Assembly: GCF_009914755.1 (NCBI RefSeq)
Contig: NC_060928.1
Origin: the human T2T-CHM13v2.0 reference genome, Homo sapiens
Strand: one strand, 5' to 3'
Length of the DNA: 64,000 nt
The notes under the pieces were generated by a model. That model was given only the letters and a program-made list of their open reading frames with translations. It ran no database searches and was not told where the DNA came from. The position numbers and the translations under genes were made by a program. Below are positions 17,491 through 36,584 of the stretch, piece after piece; position 1 is the stretch's first letter; each line of letters begins with the position of its first letter.

Positions 17491-19330
17491 AAATATAACT
17501 ATTAAACTTATGAGTATCAAGTAAAATATTACTATTAAACAAAATTCTCAAAGTTCCTGTAACAGTAATAATGAAAACATGAGTATTGTAATTTTACTTT
17601 TCTATTTCCCAATGCAGTGTGTGTCACCTCAACCTGATATCAACCTCCTAGTTGCATTCCTGAATCGGTGCTAGAATTGTAGTGTGACCTTTGGCAAGCC
17701 ATTAAGTTTATAAACTTTTAAGAATCTTCATCTACTTCTAACAAGTGGATTTAATATATGACATTAGACAACATGTGTTTTAGTCTTTTGAAAGGAAAGT
17801 GGCATTTTATTTAAAAAAACAAGACAGTCAAAAATTTTTCTAATTCAAATTAAATTTATAGTTCCATTAGAAAAAGCAAACAATGTATACATAAAATAAA
17901 GATTTTCATGAATTTCTGTATCTTAATGATGTTGGCCTAATTCATTTTATATATTGAATACATTTCAAATCTGTGGCTCCCAATAATCTTAGTTATCTAT
18001 CTTTTGTTAATATTTTTTATATGCTCATTGAATTCACAGGATTGCTTTTATCCCTAGAAACTTCCCTCTGCCCTCTAAGTTTCTGTTTCATTTTCAACGT
18101 ATGATGTCTAGTTTTAGAATATTCTGGAGTACTCTTCTCACGTTAGAATATTTAAATGTCATGTTAAATTAAAAAGCTTTTGATATCATTGATTGGTCTC
18201 TTACCCATCAATAGCAAGGCAAGTCACAAGAATAACTGCAGTTTCTGCCACTGTCATGGACAGCATTTGATTTGCTGTGTCTTGAGGAAAGTTTGATTTA
18301 TATTGAGATTTGACAAAATATTTGATTGCTTTTGGAGATTTGGGTAATTCCTTCATCGATTTGCATTGTCAAGCCACGAGAATGCCATGAACTGTTCTTG
18401 TTTACATAATTTCCTTCTATGGATAACAAATCCAATATGAAAAAATATCCTGTAAGTCCTAGGCTCATGCCTTCTCCCTTGTAATGTCAGGAATTCTTTT
18501 CCTTCCTCATATAAACCTGAGCTTTAGACTATCAGTTGCTCAGAAATCTTGATGAAATGGGTGCTATGAATAAGTCAAATTTAAGAGTTTCAGGATTAGA
18601 AAAAGAAAAGACAAAAAGCCAGAAGTGACTACCTTTAGAATTCCAATGAAGAAAACCCAATATAAGCTGTATATTTCCCCGAGGAAAGTCTTCAAGCAAA
18701 AGTTTTATTTTGCATTTTTTAGAATTTTTGTCTGTTTCTGATTTAATCTATTTCTCTGACCACATCAGATAATCAGCACAATGATACAGTCATTTCTGGT
18801 GAATATACAATCCAGACTTAGAACAAGATCCAGAAGTTTTAATAAATGGTCCTTACAGGAAACCAATTATGGGGGAGTCTGTGGTTTGAATCTAGTTTCA
18901 GGGAGCACAAGGGTTTGTTTCACCTTAAACAAAGATAGCCTTTCATGCACAGAATAATTCTGAAAAGCAAGAAGACTGTATTTTCAGTAGGATGTATGTG
19001 AAATGTGGCTCCTTATGAAAGAAAATATTTGCGATGCATTTTTTCCACCAGGATGACATTTTGTACAGCTTACAATTCCATTCACTAATGGTGTAAACAA
19101 AAATTTTTAAGTGCCACTATGAGGGCTTAGTGCTATATTGTTTATAAAACGTGTTAAATTTTAGACTTCGTTTTCATTAGATGTCTTATCACTACTATGC
19201 AACCTGAGATCTATAAGACTGACAATAACGTACATTTACCAAGGTGTTTTTCCTCGTCTTATGACTCCTGTCTTTTCTCCATCCTTACCAAGAGGTAGCC
19301 GCCGAACTGAATTCTATTTTAACAGAACAC

Positions 19331-19396
19331 AGCTTTAAAAAGTTTCATCATACATTCATACATAGCTTTAAAAAGTTTCATCATACATTCATACAT
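19331..19396. repeat. Perfect 33-bp tandem duplication
   Basis: AGCTTTAAAAAGTTTCATCATACATTCATACAT occurs twice in tandem. Confidence 0.95.
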
Positions 19397-19516
19397 ACAT
19401 TTAAGCCTAACATTATATGGTTTTGTTAGGTGTTTTAAAACAATAAAAATTTTTTAAAGGTAGAAGTAATGGAAATACCTATTAGCATGATGTTTATAGT
19501 AGAATTTTTAGGTTAG

Positions 19517-19858
<342 letters not shown>

Positions 19859-19859
19859 T

Positions 19860-20615
19860 ACTAATAATTTTTATCAAGAATTTGTGCTACATTTTATCAA
19901 ATTTTTTGTATAGACTTTCTATTCTTTTTCTCTTTCTATTGAGATGATCAATGAAGAATGGCATTTATATATGAAATGTTAACCTATCCTAATATTGACC
20001 CATCCTTACATCGTTCCATTGCTGGGATAAACCTATCTGGTCGTATGTGATCTGTTTTACATGATATGAGAGAGAGAGAGAGACATTCATAAGGAAAGCC
20101 TATAATTGTTTTTGTGTACGTGTTGTATTATTATTTTAAAGGTTTGAGATATAGTCTATTTTTCAATTGTCCAGAGGAGTTTCTAGTAGATTACAATGGT
20201 CTATTCCATGAAAATTTGGTAGAATCCACTTGTAAATCATTTGAGACTCTTATTTTCTTTATAATTTTAAACTATGGTTTCAAATATAGGAGTTTTTGCA
20301 TTATTATTTTTTAAGAGTCTGTTTTGGTAAGTTACATTTTTCAAGAATTTGTCAAAAGTAACTAAATTTTAAAATTAATTATAAAGTTGATATTTATCAT
20401 TTTTATTACATTTGTAATATCTGCTTTATCTGCAGTAATCTCTCCCACACCTTAATCAAAATATCATTTACATATAATCTCCTTTTTTCTTTATCAATAT
20501 TTTTAGAGGTTTAACGTTTCATTTATCTTTTCAATAGCCAATGTTTCTTTTTTAAGCCTCTTTTTGCTTTTTATTTTACTAGTATCTATTATGTTTATTA
20601 TTTTTACTTTTCTTG
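19860..20615 (-). mobile_element. Highly decayed L1M ORF2 fragments
   Basis: T-rich strand with L1-like remnants (TTCTATTGAGATGATC; GCTGGGATAAACCTATCTGGTC). Confidence 0.55.
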
Positions 20616-20624
20616 TCTTAAATT

Positions 20625-24518
<3,894 letters not shown>

Positions 24519-24519
24519 A

Positions 24520-25722
24520 GGCTGCTTCATCTCCAACCACGGCAAAAATTGGCCAAGGTACAGCTCAGGCCATTGCTTCAGAGTCTGCAAGCCCCAAGCC
24601 TTGGTGGGTTCCAAGTGGTATTGAGTCTGTGGGTACCCAGAAGTCAAGAATTGAGGTTTGGAAACCTCCACATAGATTTCATAGGATGTATGGAAATGCC
24701 TGGGTGTCCAGGCAGAAGTTTGCTGCAGGGGTGGGGCCGTCATGGAGAATCTCTATTAGGGCAGTGTGGGAGGAAAATGTGGAATCCAAGGCCCCACACA
24801 GAGTACCCACTGAGGCACTGCCTAATGGAACTGTGAAAAGAGAGTCATTGTCTTCCAGAACACTAGAATGGTACATCCACCAACAGCTTGCACTGTGCGC
24901 CTGGAAAAGACACAGGCACTCAATACCAGCCCATGAAAGCAGTGGAGAGTGGGGCTGTACCCTGCAAAGCCAGAGAGGTGGAGTTGCCCAAGACCATGGG
25001 AGCCCACCTGTTGCATCAGCATGATGTGGATGTGAGACATGAAGTCAAAGGGGATAATTTGGGAAATTTTAGTTTTAATGACTGCCCTACTGGATTTCAG
25101 TCTTGCATGGGGCTTGTAGCCCCTTTGTTTTGGCCAATTTCTCCCACTTGGAACAAGTGTATTTACCCAATGCCTGTATCCCCATTGTATCTAGGCAGTA
25201 ACTTGCTGTTGATTTTACAGGCTCATAGGTGGAAGGGACTTGTCTTGTGTTAGATGGGACTTTGGACTTGGACTTTTGAGTTAATATTGAAATGAGCTAA
25301 GATTTGGGGGGGCTGTTGGAGAGGCATAATTGTGTTTTGAAATGTGAGGACATATGATTTGGGAAGGACCAGGGACCAAATGATATGATTTGGCTCTGTC
25401 CCCACCCAAATCTCATCTTGAATTATAGTTCCCATAATCCCCACGTGTCATGGGAGGGAACTGGTGGGAAGTAATTGAATCATGGGGACAGTTACCCCAT
25501 GCTGTTCTTGTGATAGTGAGTGAGTTTTCTTGAGATATGATGATTTTATAAGGGACTACCCCTTTGCTCATTTCTCATTCTTCTTCTTCCTGCTGCCATG
25601 TGAAGACATGTTTTCCTGATGCCTCCCTAACCCTGTAGAACTGTGAGTCAATTAAACCTTTTTCCTTTATGAATTACCCAGTCTTGGGCAGTTCTCAATA
25701 GCAGCATTCGAATGGACTAAAA
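24520..25722 (+). mobile_element. Partial THE1 (THE1C/D-like): 3' internal 24520-25380 and LTR 25381-25722
   Basis: The internal part matches the other THE1 copies in this window. The LTR starts TGATATGATTTGGCTCTGTCCCCACCCAAATCTCATC. Confidence 0.92.
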
Positions 25723-25724
25723 AG

Positions 25725-25837
25725 TCTGAATGGAGATACACCATCAGCTCACATAGGTATCCAGGTCATAGGCTGTATAGCTTGACATTTCTTAGCTTCC
25801 ATAATCATGTAATCAAATTTCTTATTATCTGTCTATC

Positions 25838-25874
<37 letters not shown>

Positions 25875-25940
25875 ACTATCTATCTATGTATCTATCTATC
25901 ATCTTTGTCCTATTTTTTCTGTTTGGAGAATTCTAACACA
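25725..25940 (+). mobile_element. MLT2 (ERVL) LTR, 3' portion, with a (TCTA)n microsatellite at ~25826-25900
   Basis: CTTAGCTTCCATAATCATGT...TTCTGTTTGGAGAATTCTAACACA, immediately followed by ERVL-type leader sequence. Confidence 0.75.
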
Positions 25941-26560
25941 AATTTCGGTAGAGAGAGAGTTTCAGAGAAACAGAATTTTCCAAGTTGGTTCTGGGATTTC
26001 TGGAATTCGCTGTTTAATCTGATTAGATTTGAAGACCCTAATTACCTTATTTCAAGTAGTAAAGAGCACACAGATGTACATGACTTGATATAGCAATAGA
26101 GAGACACAAAATATTACTATTGAATATTCTTAATCCATAATATAAGAAGCAGGGATCTGGGGGACTGTGTATATGATACTTTTGAACATTTTTTTGCAAA
26201 TTAATTTATATAATGAGATTAAATGGTTGCTTCTATTGTTGCTGGACAAAGTGGGGATAGAAAAGGATGAACGCAGGGGCTTAAATTTCAGCCCAAGGGC
26301 CACATGAATCACCTTATATGTGCCCTCAAGGAGACCCATATCTCCTTTAGCATGACTGGAATTGCCAAAAATTAAACACAGAATCTCATTTTCCAATTGG
26401 CTTAATTATAGTTCAGTTGAACTCCCAGACCGACAGAATATCTACTGTTTATGTGAGGACTAGGAAGGAATGAAACCTTGACTAGGAAGGAATGAAACCT
26501 TAAAATTTGGAATGGGGACATGTGGGAAAACCTTGATGAAGGATCTTGGGGACATTGAGT
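25941..26560 (+). mobile_element. ERVL internal (leader/gag), first segment
   Basis: GGGATTTCTGGAATTCGCTGTTTAATCTGATTAGA and TTGGAATGGGGACATGTGGGAAAACCTTGATGAAG are typical of ERVL gag. Confidence 0.8.
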
Positions 26561-27341
26561 TTGATTTCGGGAAGGCTGTTAAATGTTCAAGGTTTAAAAA
26601 ACTTGTTATTATGAAATAGAATTCCAGATTACCGTAAGTTATTTTGCCAAAATAAAGACTCAGAAATTTTAAGGTAGAAAAACCTTCTATAACCCTTTAC
26701 AAATTTGGCCATAGAGCAGACTAGCACCTTAGGAAAACCTTGTTTGCTTTATTTCAATGCTCAATTTACAGAAAAACCGGATAATACCCTTTTTTGAATT
26801 TAGTCAATATGTTTACACTGAGAACCTCTTCTGCAAGATTAATTTCCACAATTCTTCCGCCACTTCTTTGAACCTTCAGCTTTTTCCTAATGTAACTCAA
26901 AATTATCCTTTAACCCTAGGCAGAAGTTTACCTTTACATGACTTCTTATAACCTTTTACTGAAAAACACATTTTACTGTGCTTATACACCTTGCATGTAA
27001 ATCTATTTTCAGTAGTTTCATGGTAACTCCTAGCAATTTTTAACTTTAAGGTAAAACCTGGTAAGTTGCTTTAATTTTGTTCTAAGTGTAGCCAAGGTTT
27101 GTCTTCTTAATTAAGGGTGTGGTTAGTTCCATATGTCCCCAGGCCCTACCAATTGTGAAACAGGCAAAACAGACAATTTTCAAAACCCAAAAAGCAGTTT
27201 GTAACCTTAAAATATGTAGCAAACCTTGCATCTGACCTGCATTTTACCAATAAACTTTAAGACTGTTTTTACTTTCAAAGATTAAAGTCACATGAACAAA
27301 AAGGTACTACAGCTTTTAACTTTCCTTAAAAAAATGCTTGA

Positions 27342-27626
<285 letters not shown>

Positions 27627-28263
27627 GCACTTGTCTTTCTTTAGGCCAAATTAATTAGAACTCTTCTTACAGACATCACACACAGTATACACACAAACGA
27701 GCAGAAGAAAACCCAGTTGCTGGTTGGGTCCCTTTAAGAGACAGGCTAGGAAAACATGCAGATATTCAACCAGAGAGGGCTTAACCCTAAGGCAGGATTG
27801 CTAAATAAAGTTTTCCCAAGCTCCCAAGCGGTTACTGGCCATGCCCCCAGGATGTAAAACAAGATGGAGGTTTGCAGCACAAACCATACAGAAATGCAAA
27901 GCGCACCAAATTGGCCACAGCCGAAGGTTAGCCCCACAAATCCTTTTTCACAATTAAACCTTTAAAGAGAATAAGTTAACTGCTGTTGGAGTTGAGAAGA
28001 GGAAAGAAAAAAGTTTAAAAATGCCTGGGGGAGAACTTCTTATTCTTATGCAAGTGCTTCCTCCAACAGGGAGATAAATTTAATTCCTGTGGGTCAGAGC
28101 TGGCCTCCCTGGAGCGAAGAGGAAGACACTCCATGGGCACGAGGCAGAAACTGCCAGTCAGCTACTCAAGGCAACTTGGGCCATGCGTCCCAGCCCAGCA
28201 GGGAGGGGAGGGCGGTGGGGAGCCGCTGCTTACTGGACCCTCTGGAAAAAGGAAGCAAAGGGC

Positions 28264-29816
28264 TGTGTCCGGAATTGGTGGGTTCTTGGTCTCACTGACT
28301 TCAAACATGAAGCCGCGGACCCTCACAGTGAGTGTTACAGTTCTTAAAGGCGGCGTGTCCGGAGCTTCTTCCTTCTGATGTTCGGATGTGTTCGGAGTTT
28401 CTTCCTTCCGTTGGGTTCATGATCTTGCTGGCTCAGGAGTGAAGCTGCAGACCTTCGCGGTGAGTGTTACATCTTTTAAGGCTGCGCGTCTGGAGTTGTT
28501 TGTTCCTCCTGGTGGGTTCGTGGTCTCACTGGCTTCCGGAGTGAAGCTGCAGACCTTCACGGTGAGTGTTATAGCTCATAAAAGCAGTGTGGACCCAAAG
28601 AGTTAGCAGCAGCAAGATTTATTGCAAAGAGCAAAAGAACAAAGCTTCCACAGTGTGGAAAGGGACCCGAGCAGGTTGCCACTGCTTGCTTTGGCAGCCT
28701 GCTTTTATTCTCTTATCTGGCCCCACCCACATCCTGCTCACTGGTCCATTTTACAGAGAGCCAATTGGTCTGTTTTACAGAGAGCTGATTGGTCCGTTTT
28801 GACAGGGTGCTGATTGGTGCATTTACAATCCCTGAGTTAGACACAAAAGTTCTCCATGTCTCCACTAGATTAGCTAGATACAGAGTGTCTATTGGTGCAT
28901 TCACAAACCCTGAGCTAGACACAGGGTGCTGATTGGTGTGTTTACAAACCTTGAGCTAGATGCAGAGTGCTGATTGGTGTATTTACAATCCCTTAGCTAG
29001 ACATAAAGGTTCTCCAAGTCCCCACCAGATTAACTAGATACAGAGTGTCGATTGGTGCATTCACAAACCTTGAGCTAGACACAGGGTGCTGATTGGTGTG
29101 TTTACAAAGCTTAAGCTAGATACAGAGTGCTGATTGGTGTATTTACAATCCCTTAGCTAGACATAAAGATTCTCCAAGTCCCCACCAGACTCAGGAGGCC
29201 CGCTGGCTTCACCCAGTGGATCCTGCACTGGGGCCGCAGGTGGAGCTGCCTGCCAGTCCCTTGCCATGTGCCCGCACTCCTCAGCCCTTGGGTGGTCAAT
29301 GGGACTGGGCACCCTGGAGCAGGGGGCAGTGCTCGTCAGGGAGGCTCCGGCCGCCGCACAGGAGCCCACGGCAGGGTGTGGGGGAGGCTCAGGCATGGTG
29401 GGCTGCAGGTCCCAAGCCCTGCCCTGTGGGGAGGCAGCTAAGGCCCGGAGAGAAGTCGAGCACAGCAGCTGCTGGCCCAGGTGCTAAGCCCCTCACTGCC
29501 TGGGGCTGGTGGGCCGGCCGGCCGCTCCGAGTGTGGGGCCCTTGGAGCCCACACCCACCTGAACTCGCACCCACCGGAACTCGCACTGGCCCGCAAGCTC
29601 TGCGCGCAGCCCAGGTTCCCGCCCACGCCTCTCCCTCCACACCTCCTCGCAAGCTGAGGGAGCCAGCTCAGGCCTTGGCCAGCCCAGAAAAGGGCTCCCA
29701 CAGTGCAGCGGTGGGCTGATGGGCTCCTCTAGCACGGCCAGAGTGGGCGCCAAGGCCGAGGAGGCGCCCAGAGTGAGCCAGGGCTGTGACGGCTGCCAGC
29801 ACACTGTCACCTCTCA
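28264..29816 (-). mobile_element. Solo LTR12 (LTR12C-like, HERV9 LTR), 1553 bp
   Basis: The minus strand starts TGAGAGGTGACAGTGTGCTGGCAG and ends CCAATTCCGGACACA. 4-bp TSD GGGC at 28260-28263 and 29817-29820. Confidence 0.96.
28695..29190 (-). promoter_or_regulatory. LTR12 U3 enhancer/promoter: CCAAT (NF-Y) tandem array and AATAAAA TATA-like box
   Basis: About nine ATTGG motifs between 28760 and 29140, a 160-bp higher-order period (28862, 29022, 29182), and GCTTTTATTC near 28701. Activity is inferred from the family only. Confidence 0.7.
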
Positions 29817-30099
29817 GGGCTATCGAAAGGTCGGGTTGGTTCCTGACCCCTGGGAGCAACAGGGGGTGGGGGCATAGTTTCCCCTACCCTTAGGAATCCC
29901 AGCATGAAAAGGCTTAGAAGTGACAAAGAGAGGTTTTGAGTCTCCATTTCATTCACCATTTCTTGAGCCCCCACATTGCACAGAAAAAATGTTGCTGGAC
30001 TTTTCCTTAGTTCAGCTAAATATGGGGTCCTTATCCGTCCCACAGACATGAAAATTTAGGCTCACAGACAATTTGAATGGTGAGTAAGACAGGGTTTTA

Positions 30100-32500
<2,401 letters not shown>

Positions 32501-32638
32501 TTAATTCCCAGGTTCCTCAGAGGAAGAGGAAGGGCCTGACTCCTCCCTGCCGAAAAGGACATGAACTTCTGTGGCTCCACCCCAGTGCGCAGACTGGTTG
32601 GAATTTTTCCACGGAGCCCCTCCAACCTGGCTGTCTCA

Positions 32639-35400
32639 CTATCATGGCATCTCTTGAATAGCCTTACAAAATAACACTAAGTCTCCCCAGGACCCACCCC
32701 CATTACCCCATGTGCTTTTAGACCTGTAACTACACACAAGTCCCAGAAGGTCCCTAAAAGTGGGGTACAAAGTGTGACCCATGAGGAAGTACATTACATC
32801 CCAAAAGATCTACTTGAGTTTTAAGATTTATACAGACAGAAATCTGGGAAACCTGTGTGAAAATGGATGTCAGTAGTGTGAGACAATGGTGGAAGAAACA
32901 AAAAGTTGCATCAGGCTGAATTTATTAATGTGGGCTAATTAAGCAACAGTTCTGGATTTAATGTTGCAGTTCAGGTAGTTAAAAAGGACTTCAACAATTT
33001 ATTTGTTTGGTTGGGGACCAAAAGGTGGCCCACAGTGAGTGGGTTGGAAATGCTGAATCTGCCCTGTTCTAATGTAGAAAAAGGGATTCAAAACCTTTAA
33101 AAGATTAAAATGTCAGAATGGATTCGTGATTTAAAACATACTCACCCAGCCTGAAAGGGTCTAGAAGACATACCTTTCATTAATACCGTGGGAAATAAAT
33201 TTGTAAGGGGAGCCTGAAATCCTTAAAGAGCTCTGTGATTGCTCTTTTCTGTAGGCCATAGCTTACAGAGGGAATTGCAGGTACTGATCTGGGGTATCTA
33301 AATGCATTGGGGGTACCTATTCTGGGGTAGCAAGGGTCAAGTGCTGAAACTCAACCTGCAAAGGCAGTGTGTTAATGTAATGAACAGCAGAGTCAAAGCA
33401 GCAATCAATATAGTTCAATTTACACAGAACTGTGTATGATGTTGGCTAGTTAATCATGTTATTCCTAGAATTTAAATAGGAAGCCTACCAAATCCTTACT
33501 TCATCTGTAGAAGCAGCAAATTCCTAGTTAAGTGACCATGAGTCTAACCTGAGTCAAAAAATTAGAGTTGAGAGTCACAGATCCTCAATGAATTTCCAGA
33601 CTTGAGCCAGTTTAAAGACCCAGAACAACTTGAATGAACTGGAATCTGAGGCTTCTTGAAGAAAGACCCCCCCCCGCCAAACTTTTACTGTTAATCTTTC
33701 TCCCAGACTTCCACAGAAGGACCTACAGTCTTTTACTGGAGTAATTGTGTACCGAGGAAAGGAAAATTATCAGACCTTTTGGGAACTACTGGATCTGAAC
33801 TGACACTAATTTCAGAGACCCAAGACATTAGTGTGGTCTACCAGTTACAGTGGGGGCTTTTGAAGGTCAGGTGCTCAATGGAGTTTTAGATCAGGTCTGT
33901 CTTATAGTAACCTAGTGGGTCACTAAACCCATCCTTTGGTTATTTCTCTGGTTCTAGAATGCATAATTGGAATAGATAGGTTCAGCAGCTGGAGGAATAC
34001 CCACACTGGCTCACTGACATGTGAAATAAAGGCTATTTTGGTGGGAAAGGCCAAATGGAAGCCACTAGAACTGCCTCTACATACGAAAATAGTAAACCAC
34101 AGACAATACTATACTCCTAGAGGGATTGCAGAGATTAGTGCCACTATCAACAACTTGAAAGATGCAAAAGGTGGTAGTTCAACCACATTTCCATGTAAGT
34201 TGCCTATTTGGCCTGCAGAACAGACATATGGATCTTGGAGAATGCTAACGGATTATTGTAAGCTTAACCAGGTAGTGACTCAAATTGAAGCTGCTGTACC
34301 AGATGTAGTTTTATTGCTTGAACAAATGAGCACTTCTCCTGGTACCTCATATGCAGCTATTAATCTGGCAAATGCCTTTTTCTCCATCTCAGTCCGTAGA
34401 GACTTTCAGAATCAGTTTGCAGCAACTGGCAAGGCCAGTAGCATTCATTCACCATCCTACCTCAGGATTATGTCAACTCTTCTGCCTTACATCATAATTT
34501 AGTTTGCAGGGATTTTGATTGCCTTCTCTTCCACCAGATAACACAATGGTATGTTATATTGATGATATTATGCTAATTGGACTTAGTGAGTAAGAAGTGG
34601 CAACCATTTTAGACTCATTGGTAAGACATTTGTGAAGATAGAGTAAGAAACATATTCAACCAAGATCAGGGGCCTTCTACTTCAGTGAAATTTCTGGAGG
34701 TCCAGTGATGTGGAGCAGGTAGAGATACCCCTTCTAAAAAAAGTTATTGAATTTGGCTCCTCCTACAACCAGAAAAAGTGGTACAATGCTTAGAGGGCTT
34801 CTAGATTTTACAGGCCATGTACTCCTTATTTGGGTATGTTACCCCAGCTGATTTATTGAGTGACTCAAAAAGCTGCTAGTTTTGAGTGGGGGTTAGGAAA
34901 AAAGAAGGCTCTGCAACAGATTCAGGTTGCTGTGCAAGCTGCTTTGCCACTTGGACCATATGATCCAGCAGATCTATCGGTGCTGGAAGTGTTAATTGCT
35001 GACAGGAATGCTGTTTAGAGCATCCTGTTGAACTATTTTAATTGCTGCTTTGACTCTGCTGTCCATCACATTTGCTATACTCACCTCTGCTATACTCACC
35101 TTGCCCTTGGTGCTTGTCAGCATTTGACTTTTGCTCTATAGGTATTGTATTGGGAGGCCTGTATGTGTGAATTGTAATGCAAGCCCTTAGGATTTTGGAG
35201 CAAAGATCTGCCATCTTCTGTGTGTAGCTACTCCTCTTTTGAGAAACAGCTCTTGGCCTGCTACTGGACTTTACTAGTTAACCATGGGCCACCAAGTTAC
35301 CCTGTAACATGATCTGTTCATCATGAACTGAGTGTTATCTGATCCACCAAACCATAAATTTGGGCAGGCAGAGCAGAACTTCATCATCTGACGTAAGTGG
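32639..35400 (+). mobile_element. ERVL internal, second segment (gag, protease, RT, RNase H relic)
   Basis: ORF 33936-34502 reads KAKWKPLELP..GSWRMLTDYCKLNQVV..YAAINLANAFFSI. YIDDIML is encoded near 34555. Confidence 0.92.
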
Positions 35401-35429
35401 TAGAATTTCAGACTCAATCATGGGCCTGA

Positions 35430-35800
35430 ATTATTTGGAATTTGGCATGAGTGACTGATTTATTCTTTCTCATGTATTTATTTATTTAAACATTTATTTG
35501 CATCAATATGAACTCATGGATCATTTTTAAACTTTAGGTTATACTACAATACTAATATATATTTTGTGCTCATAATGTTCTAAAATTGGCCTTTAAAAGC
35601 TCTTTCAATTGGCTTCAATGTTGCTTTGACATACACCCATTGTTGTGTTTATTTTGCATATTTCCATGCTTTTTGGCACTAGAAGATGCTGCAAGCCCAT
35701 CTTGTTTATTTCCTGTCCCGGTCCTAGAATCAGCCATTTCTCCCAAGGGCCCTATGTTTTGCTAGGAGAATGGTATTAGAAACCAAGATCTAGACTCTAG
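35430..35800 (-). mobile_element. L1MC/MD-type 3' fragment
   Basis: GGTCCTAGAATCAGCCATTTCTCCCAAGG...GAATGGTATTAGAAACCAAGATCT. Confidence 0.7.
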
Positions 35801-35809
35801 TTGCATATA

Positions 35810-36035
35810 AGAATTTTGACTTTTAATCAGAATGGCCATTGCAGAGTTTTGAGAGAAGAATCATATGTTGTGTGATTTACAATTGTAAAAGTTTCCTCTG
35901 GCTACTTTGATGAGACTAGACTGCAAGAGAGCAAGAGTGGAAGCTACTAGGAGGCTACTACAGGTATTTAGGACAGAGGTGATGGCTTTGATTAGGATAG
36001 CAGCAGTGAAGGTAGTGAAAATTGGTTAAATTATG
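35810..36035 (-). mobile_element. L2 fragment
   Basis: AGGAGGCTACTACAGGTATTTAGGACAGAGGTGATGGCTTTGATTAGGATAGCAGCAGTGAAGG. Confidence 0.65.
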
Positions 36036-36359
36036 ACTCCTTTCTGTTTGAGAAAAGTTTATCTTTATTATTTTTCAAATATTTTCTGCTTCTCATTTTG
36101 ATTTTTTCCTCCTCTGGGACTTTTACTATGCAAATATAGACATATCCACATTTGTTCTATCTATGTCTTAATTATATTTCCATTTTATCCTTTACTACCA
36201 TTTTATGAGAGAATTTCATAATCCAGTCTCTTAACTCACTGGCTCATTCTTTAGCCATATTTATTCTTTCACTTATCTTGCTTTATTTCTTAATTTTTTT
36301 GGCTTCACCAACTATATTTTATATCCTTATTATTATAATTTTTAAAATTAAATTTCTGC

Positions 36360-36584
36360 CACCACACCATTCTCTGTTCCTGTTCTTTGCTTTACATTTT
36401 TCTTCAACAATTATCACCTCTTAATATGCTACACATTTTTCTCATTTATTGTCTATATCCCACTAGAATATATCTTCCATGAGGGCTTTGATTTTGTACT
36501 TTTAAAAAACTGCTGTATCCCTACAATCTATTACAGTGCCTGAATACAGTAGAGGCTCAATAAATATTTGTTGAATGAGTAAAT
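36360..36584 (+). mobile_element. L2a 3' end
   Basis: CCACTAGAATAT..TCCATGAGGGC...ACAGTGCCTG..AGTAGAGGCTCAATAAATATTTGTTGAATGA. Confidence 0.85.

Noticed and set aside
18100-18450. Unique stretch as a possible conserved element or exon
   Set aside because: The sequence alone gives no evidence, and conservation data would be needed.
28760-29190. Regularly spaced repeats resembling a CRISPR array
   Set aside because: These are the LTR12 U3 tandem repeats. The spacers are themselves repeated, no cas genes are present and the context is eukaryotic.
29157-29859. Overlapping GC-rich ORFs or a CpG-island gene start
   Set aside because: They lie wholly inside LTR12, and stop-poor frames follow from the GC content.
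33936-34502. RT-like ORF as an active or domesticated reverse transcriptase
   Set aside because: It is an ERVL pol relic that frameshifts before the YIDD motif, with stops around it.
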